A DNA stretch of 64,000 bases from the human T2T-CHM13v2.0 reference genome, Homo sapiens: the NCBI RefSeq assembly GCF_009914755.1, contig NC_060932.1. One strand, written 5' to 3'. The position numbers and the translations under genes were made by a program. The notes under the pieces are model-generated. The model ran no database searches. It was not told the DNA's origin and saw only the letters and a program-made list of their open reading frames with translations. Shown here piece after piece: positions 1 through 13,061 of the stretch (within the stretch, counting starts at the first letter, position 1; each line of letters begins with the position of its first letter).

Positions 1-794
1 GAGCTGGTGGTGGCGGTGGTCTTGCATGCCATCCCTGACCTGTTGCGCGTCTTCCCTGGCTGTCTGCCGACCTTGGAGCCACGGGAGCGTTGGCTGCTGC
101 TGGCCACCCGGGTTCTCTTGGCATCTGTGTAACCTGTGACCAAGCAAGGGCTGGAAGAGTGGGCGATCGTCTTCCTCTTCCTGGGGGCTGAGATGCGGAC
201 TCCCGAGGGCCTCTCTGTCAGCCTTGGGGCGGCTGGCAAGCGGCAGGCCGATCCCCTCTGCGCAGGGAAGTAGCACGACTCCGTCACCCTCTTGGGCCAC
301 GCTGGGGGCACCGCCGGACCCCTGTTCTGGGGCTCCGCCTGGATGTCCACAAATGCTGAGGCCTGCTTGTGCATCTGGGGCACCCAGAGCCCGAAGCTCT
401 GGGCAGGCTGATGAGAGGGCAGTGGGAATTCTGGAGCCTCGAGGGCCGCCTCCTCGGCCACCTTCTTAGCTTCTGGGTATCCAGGTGGGAACCAGCAGGG
501 AGCTGTGGCTCGCAACATCTTGCTGCCTTCGGGAGCACCGGCCGGGCTCTGCTCCGCTCCCAAATGGCGGCTTGCCTCCGGGGCCGCCTCCTTGGCCACC
601 TTCTTAGCTTCTGGGTATCCAGGGCGGAACCAGCAGGGAGCTGTGGCTCGCAACATCTTGCTGCCTTCGGGAGCACCGGCCTGGCTCTGCTCCCCTCCCA
701 AATGGCGGCTTGCCTCCAGGGCCGCCTCCTCGGCCACCTTCTTAGCTTCTGGGTATCCAGGGGGGAACCAGCAGGGAGCTGTGGCTCGCAACAT
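1..794 (-). CDS. REXO1L1: 5' part of REXO1-like exonuclease (GOR), 3-repeat type, running off the window start
   Basis: ATG at 794 ([10 protein letters not shown]), same sequence as the complete copies. Private variant at 289 changes PKMVTES to PKRVTES. The symbol denotes the family; the individual paralog cannot be assigned. Confidence 0.8.
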   Translation of the reverse strand, partial: MLRATAPCWFPPGYPEAKKVAEEAALEASRHLGGEQSQAGAPEGSKMLRATAPCWFRPGYPEAKKVAKEAAPEASRHLGAEQSPAGAPEGSKMLRATAPCWFPPGYPEAKKVAEEAALEAPEFPLPSHQPAQSFGLWVPQMHKQASAFVDIQAEPQNRGPAVPPAWPKRVTESCYFPAQRGSACRLPAAPRLTERPSGVRISAPRKRKTIAHSSSPCLVTGYTDAKRTRVASSSQRSRGSKVGRQPGKTRNRSGMACKTTATTS

Positions 795-849
795 CTTGCT
801 GCCTTCGGGAGCACCGGCCTGGCTCTGCTCCTCTCCCAACTGGCGGCTT
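436..849 (-). repeat. 138-bp (46-codon) tandem repeat x3 at the gene 5' end
   Basis: GCCTC unit start at 436, 574 and 712, ending ...TGGCGGCTT at 849. Confidence 0.97.
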
Positions 850-850
850 C

Positions 851-1011
851 AATGAGTGCTGCGGCCGCCACTTGTCGCCTTTATATAGGCACAGGGCAGA
901 CTGGGTGGGACTTCTCCTTGATAGGTTGGTGCTTCAGTCCAATCACACTGAGCCTCATCTTCCACCAGACTCCAGCTTGGGAATGCCTCAGGGGGTGCGC
1001 TAATGGAATCA
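851..1011 (-). promoter_or_regulatory. Putative REXO1L core promoter (Inr-like, TATA, CACCC box, CCAAT, homeodomain site)
   Basis: Minus-strand TATATAAA at 887-880 and BBCABW Inr match CTCATT at 856-851. GGGTGGG at ~903, CCAAT at 939-943, TAATGGAATCA at 1001-1011. Spacing fits a TSS ~60 nt upstream of the ATG. Confidence 0.6.
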
Positions 1012-1120
1012 ACTGGAACTCCCGGTTGCTAAACTTGGAGCTAGGTTGCTTTTCCTGAGTTAAGTAACTGTCCCTGCAGGGCAGTCCTATAATGGCTACT
1101 GGAATTGGGCTACCTAGGAT

Positions 1121-1190
1121 TAAATTAAGGTTCAGGGAGGTTGGTCAACTTGCTTGGGCCCACACAGCACCCCTTGGAGCCAGGACTGGG
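1121..1190 (-). mobile_element. MIR core fragment (present in every unit)
   Basis: AAGGTTCAGGGAGGTTGGTCAACTTGCTTGGGCCCACACAGC resembles the reverse complement of the MIR core. Confidence 0.55.
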
Positions 1191-1332
1191 CCAGCAGTCG
1201 GCTGCATGCTGGAGGGCGGGATCCCTCTGGGGCTGCCTTTCCCTGCTCTGTGCACTCCGCCGCTGCGGGCAAATTGAGGACAGGAAGCGGACCGCACCCA
1301 CTTCTCTCCCAGGACTTGGGCAATGTTCAACA

Positions 1333-2220
1333 CAGGTGGTCTTCCAAAGGTTCATAGAAAATGCACATGGTGAAGAAACTATGCATGGATTTCCACTGGT
1401 TTGCACTAAAATAAACTTGTCCTAACTTCTGAAAACCTTTCTGAACTAGATCTAGTTTGAGGCACTAAGAAGGATGAGACATCCACTGAAAAGGACTCCC
1501 ATCAGAGCAACATGAATTCCACGAAAATTGCAGCAAGAGGAAACATCAAATTTATGGTGAAGCTTGGGTGGAAGATTGAAGAAATCATTGACGTTTTAAG
1601 AAAAGCTTGTAAGGACACTACCCCAAAGAAATGAACTCTTTACGAATGTATAGCTTGTTTCAAGAAGAGGTGAGAAGATGTGGAAGATGAATCCTTCAGT
1701 GGCTGTGAAAACCACTGTGCCCAGATCAGCTGCAGTTACGACGAGAGCTATCAGTGGAAATTTTAAACAGGAGGGATCACCATCCTGACGCATCCCTCTG
1801 ACAAATTGTAAGCGGCAGTTGGAACATGGCTTCACCAATATGATCTCCATGGCAAAGCATCATGAAAGCGATGGCTACCAAGAGGTGGCAGTGGTCCAGT
1901 CAAAGGAAAAGGAGGCCAGTCAGGAGCCCACATCATGGCATCAGTGTTTTGGGACACTCAAGGCATTTTGCTTGTTGACTTTCTGAAAGGCCAAACATCT
2001 GCTTATTAGGAGAGTGTTCTGAGAAGCTTAGATAAAGCTTTGGTAGAAACATGCTGGGAAAGTCTCACTAGATCCTTGTTCACCACATCAATGCTCTGCT
2101 CATTCCTCTCATCAAACAAGGGCAATTTTGTCAGTTTCAATGGGCAGTCCTTAGGAATTCACCTTACGGGCTGCTTTCATTCCTTCTAAATTCTTTTTGT
2201 TTCCTAATGATAAAAAGTCT
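1333..2220 (+). mobile_element. HSMAR2 mariner DNA transposon remnant (internally deleted, 3'-truncated)
   Basis: Left end GGTCTTCCAAAGGTTCATAGAAAATGC. Degenerate transposase start at 1512 (MNSTKIAARGNIKFMVKLGWK). Remnants of FWD..GILLVDFL and HPPYSPDL-type segments. Confidence 0.88.
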
Positions 2221-2280
2221 CCTTGCCTTGCTTGGAAAGATGAGAGAAAGTCTCCTTGCCTTGTTTGGACAGATGAGAGA
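2214..2280. repeat. 33-bp tandem duplication (every unit)
   Basis: AAAGTCTCCTTGCCTTG(C/T)TTGGA(A/C)AGATGAGAG at 2214 and 2247. Confidence 0.9.
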
Positions 2281-4079
2281 TGAGATCCTCCTCTTCTCTC
2301 CCAGGACAGAATGGTGAGACTTGAGTTTCCTTTCTCCTCACTCTTCTCCTCCTTGAGGGAGCTGCTGTGCCGGACAGACCTGCCCCCGTGTCTAGACACT
2401 GGTAGACTCGTTTAAGTTCCTCACAGGCAATCCTCCATGGGGTCAAAGTGGAAGGACTTATTTCTTCAGGGCTCAGTAGTCCACATCCTGGCGCGCACCT
2501 TCACCAGCCCAGGGCGGGGTAGAGGAGGGTGAAAGGGCGTGGCTCAGAGCCCGCTTCTTCCGCTCGGGCGTATCCTGGGAGGAACCCTTGTCCGGTGAGC
2601 ATGTCTTCGTCTCTACCAAATTCCCTAGTGGGACATTTCTGGCAGCCCTACTTGTTCAGCAGCTTACGGGGGTCAGGTGGACCTCTGCTAGTCACCAGCC
2701 TGAAGCCCTTTCTCCATTTCAGCTATTTTGGCAGTTGCCTAGGTGACTTTTGAACCTCATTATCCAGAACAGCAAACGGACGAGGGGTGAGAAGAGTGGC
2801 CGTCTGGGTTTGCAGCATAGTGCTGCCTTCTAGGAGTTGTGCAGTCTTCGATTGTGTGAAACTTCACCTGGCTGATTTGTGGCAATGCCTCCACAAATTC
2901 GCTAAATTCAGTAGCTTTTGCCTTCCAAGATTCATTTACACAATGTTGAATGCTTTAAATGAATGAGCATGAAGAGTGCTGGGCTGGAAAGTGATGAGAT
3001 GGGTGGTAGGGACTCCTCGGAGTAGAGGAGTAGAGTTTTACTATTATGACTAGGAGGCAAATAAAAAGAAGCTGAACGTGATCCATAATAAAAGAAGCAC
3101 ACACTCACAGAGCTCCATACCAACTACATTAAAATGGAAATCATGATATTTGGAAATACAACTTAATTGGAAATCATTAAGTAATCTCATCAACCTTTTT
3201 ACAGTGGGTGGCAGGGCTATGGAGGGAAAACAGCAATGGTTCTGGCACCTACTTAACTTGATTCCATTAAATTCACCCAACAGGCCTCCAGAGAACATAT
3301 TACTGCTTTGATATTACAAAGGGAAAAACAGCTATGGCGTCTCTGAAAAGCACAACGTGCTAGGACTGGAATGACTTTAAAACCACACATAAATTTCTGA
3401 GAGATTTTTGCCATAAGGTACCATCCACCTTACTGTAAACCACATCCTAAAATTGTCTGCAGTGCAAATGGATTATGTGCATCCAACAGGAAACAGCATA
3501 GGTTGAGAAGCTGTTACTTAATAGCTTCATTGTCACCACGAGTGTAAAGTGTGGGGTCTCATCACTTTTGCACCCACGTTTTGCCTGTTGGTTTCTCCAC
3601 ACTGTCAGGAGCATTTGACCAACTCACTGTGGCTCAGGGTCCCTTACGCAGCCTGTTGGGGAAACCAGTGGGTATTGAAGACCTGCCTCTGGTGTGCCAG
3701 GAGGTTGTGCCTGCCGGCCACTCTGACTTGCGATCTTCCGCCTCAGTGTATGGCTTCCTACACCTGGGTAATTAACATAGCCAGCATGATAAGGAGGTCC
3801 TTTCATCACTATTGCCACTAGTCCTTCCGACTCCTGTGCCCTGTTTCTCCTTTATTGGAACCCAAGAACGAGTAAACATAGCATTTTCAAACATCCCGCC
3901 CCCTTCCCTGGTAACACCAATATTCCACCATCCTAATTCCCTCACAAGCATTCAGTCTCTCCACCCTGAGGTGGTGAAATCCCTGCAGGCATTTATAAGT
4001 ATACCTGGACAGAAGAAATACAAGATACCGTTCTATTAACTCAATATAGTGTTGCTAAGTTCGTACTTGTGCTTGGTTT

Positions 4080-4620
4080 ATGTTATTTTATAAATACGTA
4101 TCACTCGCATGGTTCCAAATGCGGTAGGCACAGAGAGTATATATGATGGAATTACATCCTCCTTCCCTGCACTCAGCAACCGAGATCTTCCCGCTACGGG
4201 CACTCAAAGGTTTCATTGTCTGAAATATCAGCCTAAACGTAGTTTATGTTTAGGAAGCAACAACCGTAAATAGGCCCACATCCTAACGGAGTGGATTTAG
4301 GTTTCACTTTTTCAAGGAAAAACCATCAAAGAATTTTTCCACATACTTATAAACCATCCCACTTATGGAATCCATTTTTACTGACACAAATTTAGTACCA
4401 ATAAACGACTCTTCTTCTCAATTTGTTTTATTTAACAATAAGTCTTGAACGTCATTCCCAGTTAACATTTTGAAGAGTTTCCTCTCTTTCGTTCTGTTTT
4501 AGCTGCAAAGTATTCTTCCGTAAGGATGAACGTACTATAATTTATTAGCCAGCCACTTAGTGATGTACAATTAAGCAGTTTTAAATCTTTGACTCTTGAA
4601 AATATTGTTTCTCACACATA
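4080..4620 (-). mobile_element. Ancient L1ME-like 3' fragment (every full unit)
   Basis: Segments such as GCTGCAAAGTATTC...ATAATTTATTAGCCAG...GATGTACAATTAAG resemble antisense L1ME 3' sequence; highly diverged. Confidence 0.5.
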
Positions 4621-4659
4621 AATATTTCTATAAAATAAATTAGTTGAATTAGAATTGTT

Positions 4660-4870
4660 GGAGTTCAAGACCAGCCTGGCCAACATGGTGAAACCCCATC
4701 TCTACTAGAAACACAAAATTAGCCGGACATGCCGGTACATGCCTCTAATCTCAGGTGAGGCAGGAGAATCACTTCAACCTGGGAGGCAGAGGTTGTAGTG
4801 ACTCGAAATCACGCCACTGCACTCCAGCCTGGGCGACGCGAGCGAAACTGTCTCAAAAAACCAAAAAAAA
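4660..4870 (+). mobile_element. 5'-truncated AluS-like element
   Basis: GGAGTTCAAGACCAGCCTGGCCAACATGGTGAAACCCC ... CACTGCACTCCAGCCTGGGCGAC followed by an A-tail. Confidence 0.92.
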
Positions 4871-4884
4871 TTAAACATAAAAAG

Positions 4885-5720
4885 AAAAGCGGTACATATA
4901 CCCAATAGAACACAATTCAGCCTTAAAAAAGAAAGAAATCATCTCATTGGCAACACGAATGAGCCTAGAGGATGGTACACTGAGTGAAAGAAAGCAAAGG
5001 CCAGGCACGGTGGCTCATGCCTGTAATCCCAGTACTTTGGGAGGCCAAGGCAGGTGGAAGCGTTGAGCCCAGGAGTTGGAGATGAACCTGGGCAACATGG
5101 TGAAACCCCATCTCTAAAAGAAACACAAAAATTAGCCAAGTGTGGCGTTGGACGCCTGTAGTCCTAGCTATTCAGGAGGCTGAAGCGGGAGGAACTCTCG
5201 ACCCCGGGAGGTGTAGGCCGTGGTGAGTGAGCCGTGTTTGTGTCACTGTTCTCCAGCCTGGGTGACAGACTGAGACCCTGTCTCAAAAAATAAATAATTA
5301 CATAATAAAGATTTAAAAAGCAAGCACAAAAAGACAAATACTGCATGATCTCAATTATATGTGCAATCTCCAACAATGCAACTCATAGCTGTAGAGAGCA
5401 GAACGGTGGTTACCCGAGGCAGGGGTCAGGGAGGGACTGGAGAGATGATAGTCTCATGATACAAAATTTCAGAGAGGAATGGTTCTAGAGATCTATTGAA
5501 CAGCCTGGCATCTACAGTGTATAAGTATGTATTGTATACTTGAAAATTGCTATAAGAGTAGATTTTAGACATGTCCTCATCACATTAAAATCAGTATGTG
5601 AGGAAACGAGTGTGTTAATTAGCTTGATTTTGTCATTCCACAATGTATACACATATGAAACATCATGTTGTATGCCATAAATATATATAATTTTTATTTG
5701 TCAAGTTAAAATTAAAATTC
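4885..5720 (+). mobile_element. L1MA-type 3' end interrupted by an AluJ (every full unit)
   Basis: TTCAGCCTTAAAAAAGAA..., AAAGACAAATACTGCATGATCTC, GTATTGTATACTTGAAAATTGCT and GTTAATTAGCTTGATTT are typical of L1MA8/9-like 3' UTRs. Confidence 0.8.
4999..5297 (+). mobile_element. Full-length AluJ-like element
   Basis: GGCCAGGCACGGTGGCTCATGCCTGTAATCCC start, TTGAGCCCAGGAGTT (J-type) and an A-rich tail. Flanking AAAGCAA is a likely TSD remnant. Confidence 0.92.
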
Positions 5721-6264
5721 ATATAAATTATAAAAATAAAATGAAATAACATACACTACAAAAGACTTTTATTTATTAAATCCCCACAGAAGGGGTCTAA
5801 GTGATAAAGGAAAATAAAATTCCGGGAACGGTAAAATCAATCAGAAATGCCCTACTTCAGTGCTTTCCGAAATTTGTCTGACAGAGTGGAAATCCGGTTT
5901 TTCACTAAGGCATTGTTCTGGAACTGTTTGTGTGTGTGTATGTATGTGTGTGAGGGCTCACATACACAAATTGAACTAATGGAAGTGTAAGCATTCAAAT
6001 TATCAGTTTAATTTAGTTCTATACATATACACACACACACACTCACACATCGAAAACATTGATAAAATCAGCCATTCCAGCAAAACTAGCTACTTAGTGT
6101 CTATCTCTCCTTGAAGATTCAAACTAGAAATGAGGATTTAGAGAGGCATGATGGTTCGTTCTCTCTTGGAGCCCAGTTCGAAGTTGACTGACTGATTCAG
6201 TCATTGTAATTGGTTGGTCTTGGGGAAGAATCCACTTTGACTCTTGGGAAGTCAGCTAGGTCAG

Positions 6265-6600
6265 CGGAAAGAGCAGGGGCTCTGGAGCCAGACTGCCTGC
6301 ACCCGACTTCTAGCTATGATACCTTGGATAAACTACTTATCACCTGGGCTTCAGGTTCCTCATCTGTAAAATGGGGATAAGAATGCTATCTCTCTCACAA
6401 CTATTAGGAGGACTGACTGGGTTAATACGTGCAAAGTACCAAGTACATAAGAAACCAACAGCCAGTGCTCATTACAATCATTATTATTTTGGGCAAGTTA
6501 AGCCGCATGGTTTCTTTAGGTATAAAATTAGGCTTTATTTACCTACCTGTTGGGTTGTTCCAAGGATTAATCACATAGTGTTCATGAATTCCCTTTATAA
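6265..6600 (+). mobile_element. MIR plus an adjacent second MIR fragment (every full unit)
   Basis: GGGCTCTGGAGCCAGACTGCCTG...TTCCTCATCTGTAAAATGGGGATAA, then a second TGGGCAAGTTA...TACCTACC...GGGTTGTT...AGGATTAA. Confidence 0.8.
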
Positions 6601-6718
6601 ACTATTATACAAAAGAAATATAGTTAACATTAATTGAACACCTACTATGTGCGATCGTTTTAAGGCTTGCCATGTGCTGCTTCATTCAGTCCGCACCATG
6701 ACATTAGGATCACACTTT

Positions 6719-10390
<3,672 letters not shown>

Positions 10391-10401
10391 GATCACACTT
10401 T

Positions 10402-10520
10402 AAAGACCAAAAGGTAGAAGCGCAAAGACGTTATCTGTCCAATATTACAAACCTAGTAAGTGGTGGAATTTGGCCTTGAACCCAGATCTGTAACTCCAGA
10501 GCCGAAGTGCTTCACCCACC
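10402..10520 (-). mobile_element. MIR half split by the L1PA (other half ~6625-6718)
   Basis: CTAGTAAGTGGTGGAA...TTGAACCCAGATCTGTAACTCCAGAGCC matches antisense MIR and continues the MIR on the other side of the L1. Confidence 0.75.
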
Positions 10521-10637
10521 TCCCTGTGGTGCCTCTACAGAAAAAGAGGTAAGCAGGCATTCCGAAAGCTGGTGGGCCGGGGGGCTGGCCTTGTACTCAG
10601 AAGCCATGGAAGTCCCACGTGGGGTGGCTAGTGGTGT

Positions 10638-10830
10638 AAGGACAGAGGTCTCGGATGGGCAGAGGGATGTGGACAGGCGCGAGGGCGCGCGGCAGGGACT
10701 CGGGGGACTGGGAGTGGCGGCTCGGGGCTGCGGGAGGCGATTGGTGGAAGGACAGAGGTCTGGGAGGGGCAGAGGGATGTGGACAGGCCCGAGGGGCCGC
10801 GGCAGGGATTCCGGGGGACCGGGAGTGGGG
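10638..10830. repeat. ~110-bp G-rich tandem duplication downstream of the stop codon (every full gene copy)
   Basis: AAGGACAGAGGTCT..GGGCAGAGGGATGTGGACAGGC at 10638 and 10748. Confidence 0.9.
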
Positions 10831-10954
10831 GGTTGGGGTTACTCTTGGCTTTTTGCCCTCTCCTGACGCCGGCTGCTCCAGTTTCTTTCGCTTTGCGGCG
10901 AGGTGGGCAGGGTGAGCTCTCGGGACTGATGGCGGTTTTGGAAGAGGCCTGGGG

Positions 10955-12844
10955 CTAAGGACAGGCCAGGGCGGCGGGAGAGGCGGACCGGTGGCGTGGC
11001 TGGATCTGGGCGCGCTGTCGGACCTTCCACATCACCAGCTGCAGGCAGGCGTTTGCGTCCTCGCTGGAGTTGTGGCCGTCCTGGCTGTCCTGGATGATCT
11101 GTGCCAGGTAGTCGGCCGCGAGATTCCTGAGGGAGCGCTTGTAGGGGAAACCCAGGTAGTGCGGGAAGAGCACGGCCGTGTCCACCACGGTGCTGTGGAT
11201 GAGCTTCAGGGCCAGCAGGTCGCTCTCCAGGCTGTGCCCGATGAGGATGGTTTGGGCGCTGAAAAAGCTCAGCAGGATGGCTTGGACTTGGGGCAACGTG
11301 ATGCTCGTCTTGGCGACGTCGGCCTCGGTGACTCCGGAAAACCTGGTGTTGTAGTCCACGATCTCGTTGTCGGGCTTGACGAAGGTGTCGTACACCACTC
11401 GCATGTCGGCGTCCACCACCGTGACGCGGGTCAGCTCTAGGCCATGCGTGGTGTAGCACATCTCACAGTCCAAGGCGTAGATTCCTGGATAAGCGTCTCT
11501 GGACAACTCTTTCTTGAAGGTCTCCACGAAGCCATCGAGGCTCTCCTTGCGGCCGTCCCGCACGTGCTGCTTTGCCACCTGGCAGCCCACAGAGCCAGGA
11601 GCAGCTGCACAGCAGGTGTACTGGCTAACCCGGCCTCCAGCCACCTGGCTCGAGCGGACCCGCCCCCAGTGATAATAACACAACTGGTCGCGTACACAGC
11701 GGCCCGAGGAGGACACCAGGTACTCGGTGCCACAACGGCAGCAGACCCTGCAGGAGGAGTCGCCGGGCCCCTTCCCCTGGCCAGTGAAGAGGACGGCGCC
11801 TCCGGGCCGCTCGGGGTGCGGGAAGGGGTAGCCGTTCTCCTTGAGCTGGTCCTGGGTGAGCAGGAACTCCTGGAGGCGGCTGTACAGGGCGGCCCTGCTG
11901 AGGCCGGGCATGGAGCTGGGGGTCAGGCCCTTCAGTCTCTTGAGGGTGTTCAGGACCACGTTCAGGTACCTGTTCTTGTTGGGGCTGCAGTCGTAGGCCA
12001 CCTTCTCCTCGTTCAGCGCCTTCTCCTCGGCCTCCTGCTTGGAGGCGCAGAACTTGAGACACTCTTCGGTGAACAGTTGGAGATAGCCTCGGCGGAGGAC
12101 GGTGGGGACTTGGCACCCAGAGCTTCGGAGGATAATGGGTTTCTTCAAACTCAAACTCGGTAAGGATGCACGACGGACGATTCGCTTAGAGCTGGTGGTG
12201 GCGGTGGTCTTGCATGCCATCCCTGACCTGTTGCGCGTCTTCCCTGGCTGTCTGCCGACCTTGGAGCCACGGGAGCGTTGGCTGCTGCTGGCCACCCGGG
12301 TTCTCTTGGCATCTGTGTAACCTGTGACCAAGCAAGGGCTGGAAGAGTGGGCGATCGTCTTCCTCTTCCTGGGGGCTGAGATGCGGACTCCCGAGGGCCT
12401 CTCTGTCAGCCTTGGGGCGGCTGGCAAGCGGCAGGCCGATCCCCTCTGCGCAGGGAAGTAGCACGACTCCGTCACCATCTTGGGCCACGCTGGGGGCACC
12501 GCCGGACCCCTGTTCTGGGGCTCCGCCTGGATGTCCACAAATGCTGAGGCCTGCTTGTGCATCTGGGGCACCCAGAGCCCGAAGCTCTGGGCAGGCTGAT
12601 GAGAGGGCAGTGGGAATTCTGGAGCCTCGAGGGCCGCCTCCTCGGCCACCTTCTTAGCTTCTGGGTATCCAGGTGGGAACCAGCAGGGAGCTGTGGCTCG
12701 CAACATCTTGCTGCCTTCGGGAGCACCGGCCGGGCTCTGCTCCGCTCCCAAATGGCGGCTTGCCTCCGGGGCCGCCTCCTTGGCCACCTTCTTAGCTTCT
12801 GGGTATCCAGGGCGGAACCAGCAGGGAGCTGTGGCTCGCAACAT
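10955..12844 (-). CDS. REXO1L1: REXO1-like DEDDh 3'-5' exonuclease retrogene (GOR), 629 aa, 2-repeat type
   Basis: Intronless ORF. The ORF-track start at 12889 is TTG; the first ATG is at 12844. Motifs: ExoI ALDCEM, ExoII GHSLESD, ExoIII HNSSED, an Elongin A-binding-like segment ([20 protein letters not shown]) and a Cys/His cluster. TAG stop at 10955-10957. Confidence 0.88.
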   Translation of the reverse strand: MLRATAPCWFRPGYPEAKKVAKEAAPEASRHLGAEQSPAGAPEGSKMLRATAPCWFPPGYPEAKKVAEEAALEAPEFPLPSHQPAQSFGLWVPQMHKQASAFVDIQAEPQNRGPAVPPAWPKMVTESCYFPAQRGSACRLPAAPRLTERPSGVRISAPRKRKTIAHSSSPCLVTGYTDAKRTRVASSSQRSRGSKVGRQPGKTRNRSGMACKTTATTSSKRIVRRASLPSLSLKKPIILRSSGCQVPTVLRRGYLQLFTEECLKFCASKQEAEEKALNEEKVAYDCSPNKNRYLNVVLNTLKRLKGLTPSSMPGLSRAALYSRLQEFLLTQDQLKENGYPFPHPERPGGAVLFTGQGKGPGDSSCRVCCRCGTEYLVSSSGRCVRDQLCYYHWGRVRSSQVAGGRVSQYTCCAAAPGSVGCQVAKQHVRDGRKESLDGFVETFKKELSRDAYPGIYALDCEMCYTTHGLELTRVTVVDADMRVVYDTFVKPDNEIVDYNTRFSGVTEADVAKTSITLPQVQAILLSFFSAQTILIGHSLESDLLALKLIHSTVVDTAVLFPHYLGFPYKRSLRNLAADYLAQIIQDSQDGHNSSEDANACLQLVMWKVRQRAQIQPRHRSASPAALACP

Positions 12845-12899
12845 CTTGCTGCCTTCGGGAGCACCGGCCTGGCTCTGCTCCTCTCCCAACTGGCGGCTT
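12624..12899 (-). repeat. 138-bp tandem repeat x2
   Basis: Two units only (276 bp). Confidence 0.97.
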
Positions 12900-12900
12900 C

Positions 12901-13061
12901 AATGAGTGCTGCGGCCGCCACTTGTCGCCTTTATATAGGCACAGGGCAGACTGGGTGGGACTTCTCCTTGATAGGTTGGTGCTTCAGTCCAATCACACTG
13001 AGCCTCATCTTCCACCAGACTCCAGCTTGGGAATGCCTCAGGGGGTGCGCTAATGGAATCA
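12901..13061 (-). promoter_or_regulatory. Putative REXO1L core promoter, copy 2
   Basis: Same motifs; TATA at 12930-12937. Confidence 0.6.

Larger units (their letters stand above)
10620..12920. other. CpG-island-like GC-rich block covering the gene (repeated in each unit)
   Basis: Visibly high GC and CpG density against the AT-rich spacer; NotI site GCGGCCGC at 12911. Not formally computed. Confidence 0.75.

Noticed and set aside
436-849. 138-bp repeats as a CRISPR-like array
   Set aside because: They are contiguous in-frame repeats without unique spacers, in primate DNA, with no cas genes.
1512-2220. Domesticated mariner transposase (SETMAR-like)
   Set aside because: There is a stop after ~40 codons, an internal deletion, frameshifts and a missing 3' end.
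10545-10556. Strong plus-strand splice donor GAG|GTAAGC suggesting an antisense spliced RNA
   Set aside because: It is a single motif with no supportable exon structure or promoter from sequence alone.
10991-12163. Plus-strand ORFs of 149 and 239 aa antisense to REXO1L (repeated in each unit)
   Set aside because: These are codon-aligned antisense shadows of a GC-rich CDS with non-ATG starts and no recognisable domain.
12845-12889. ORF-track N-terminus [15 protein letters not shown] (644/690 aa)
   Set aside because: It starts at a TTG about 14 nt from the predicted TSS. The first ATG with A at -3 is 45 nt downstream, so I called 629/675 aa.
10839-12921. Alternate-frame minus-strand ORFs (206, 163, 100 and 149/195 aa)
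   Set aside because: Low-complexity Arg/Pro/Gly translations are expected in stop-poor GC-rich DNA; there is no independent support.
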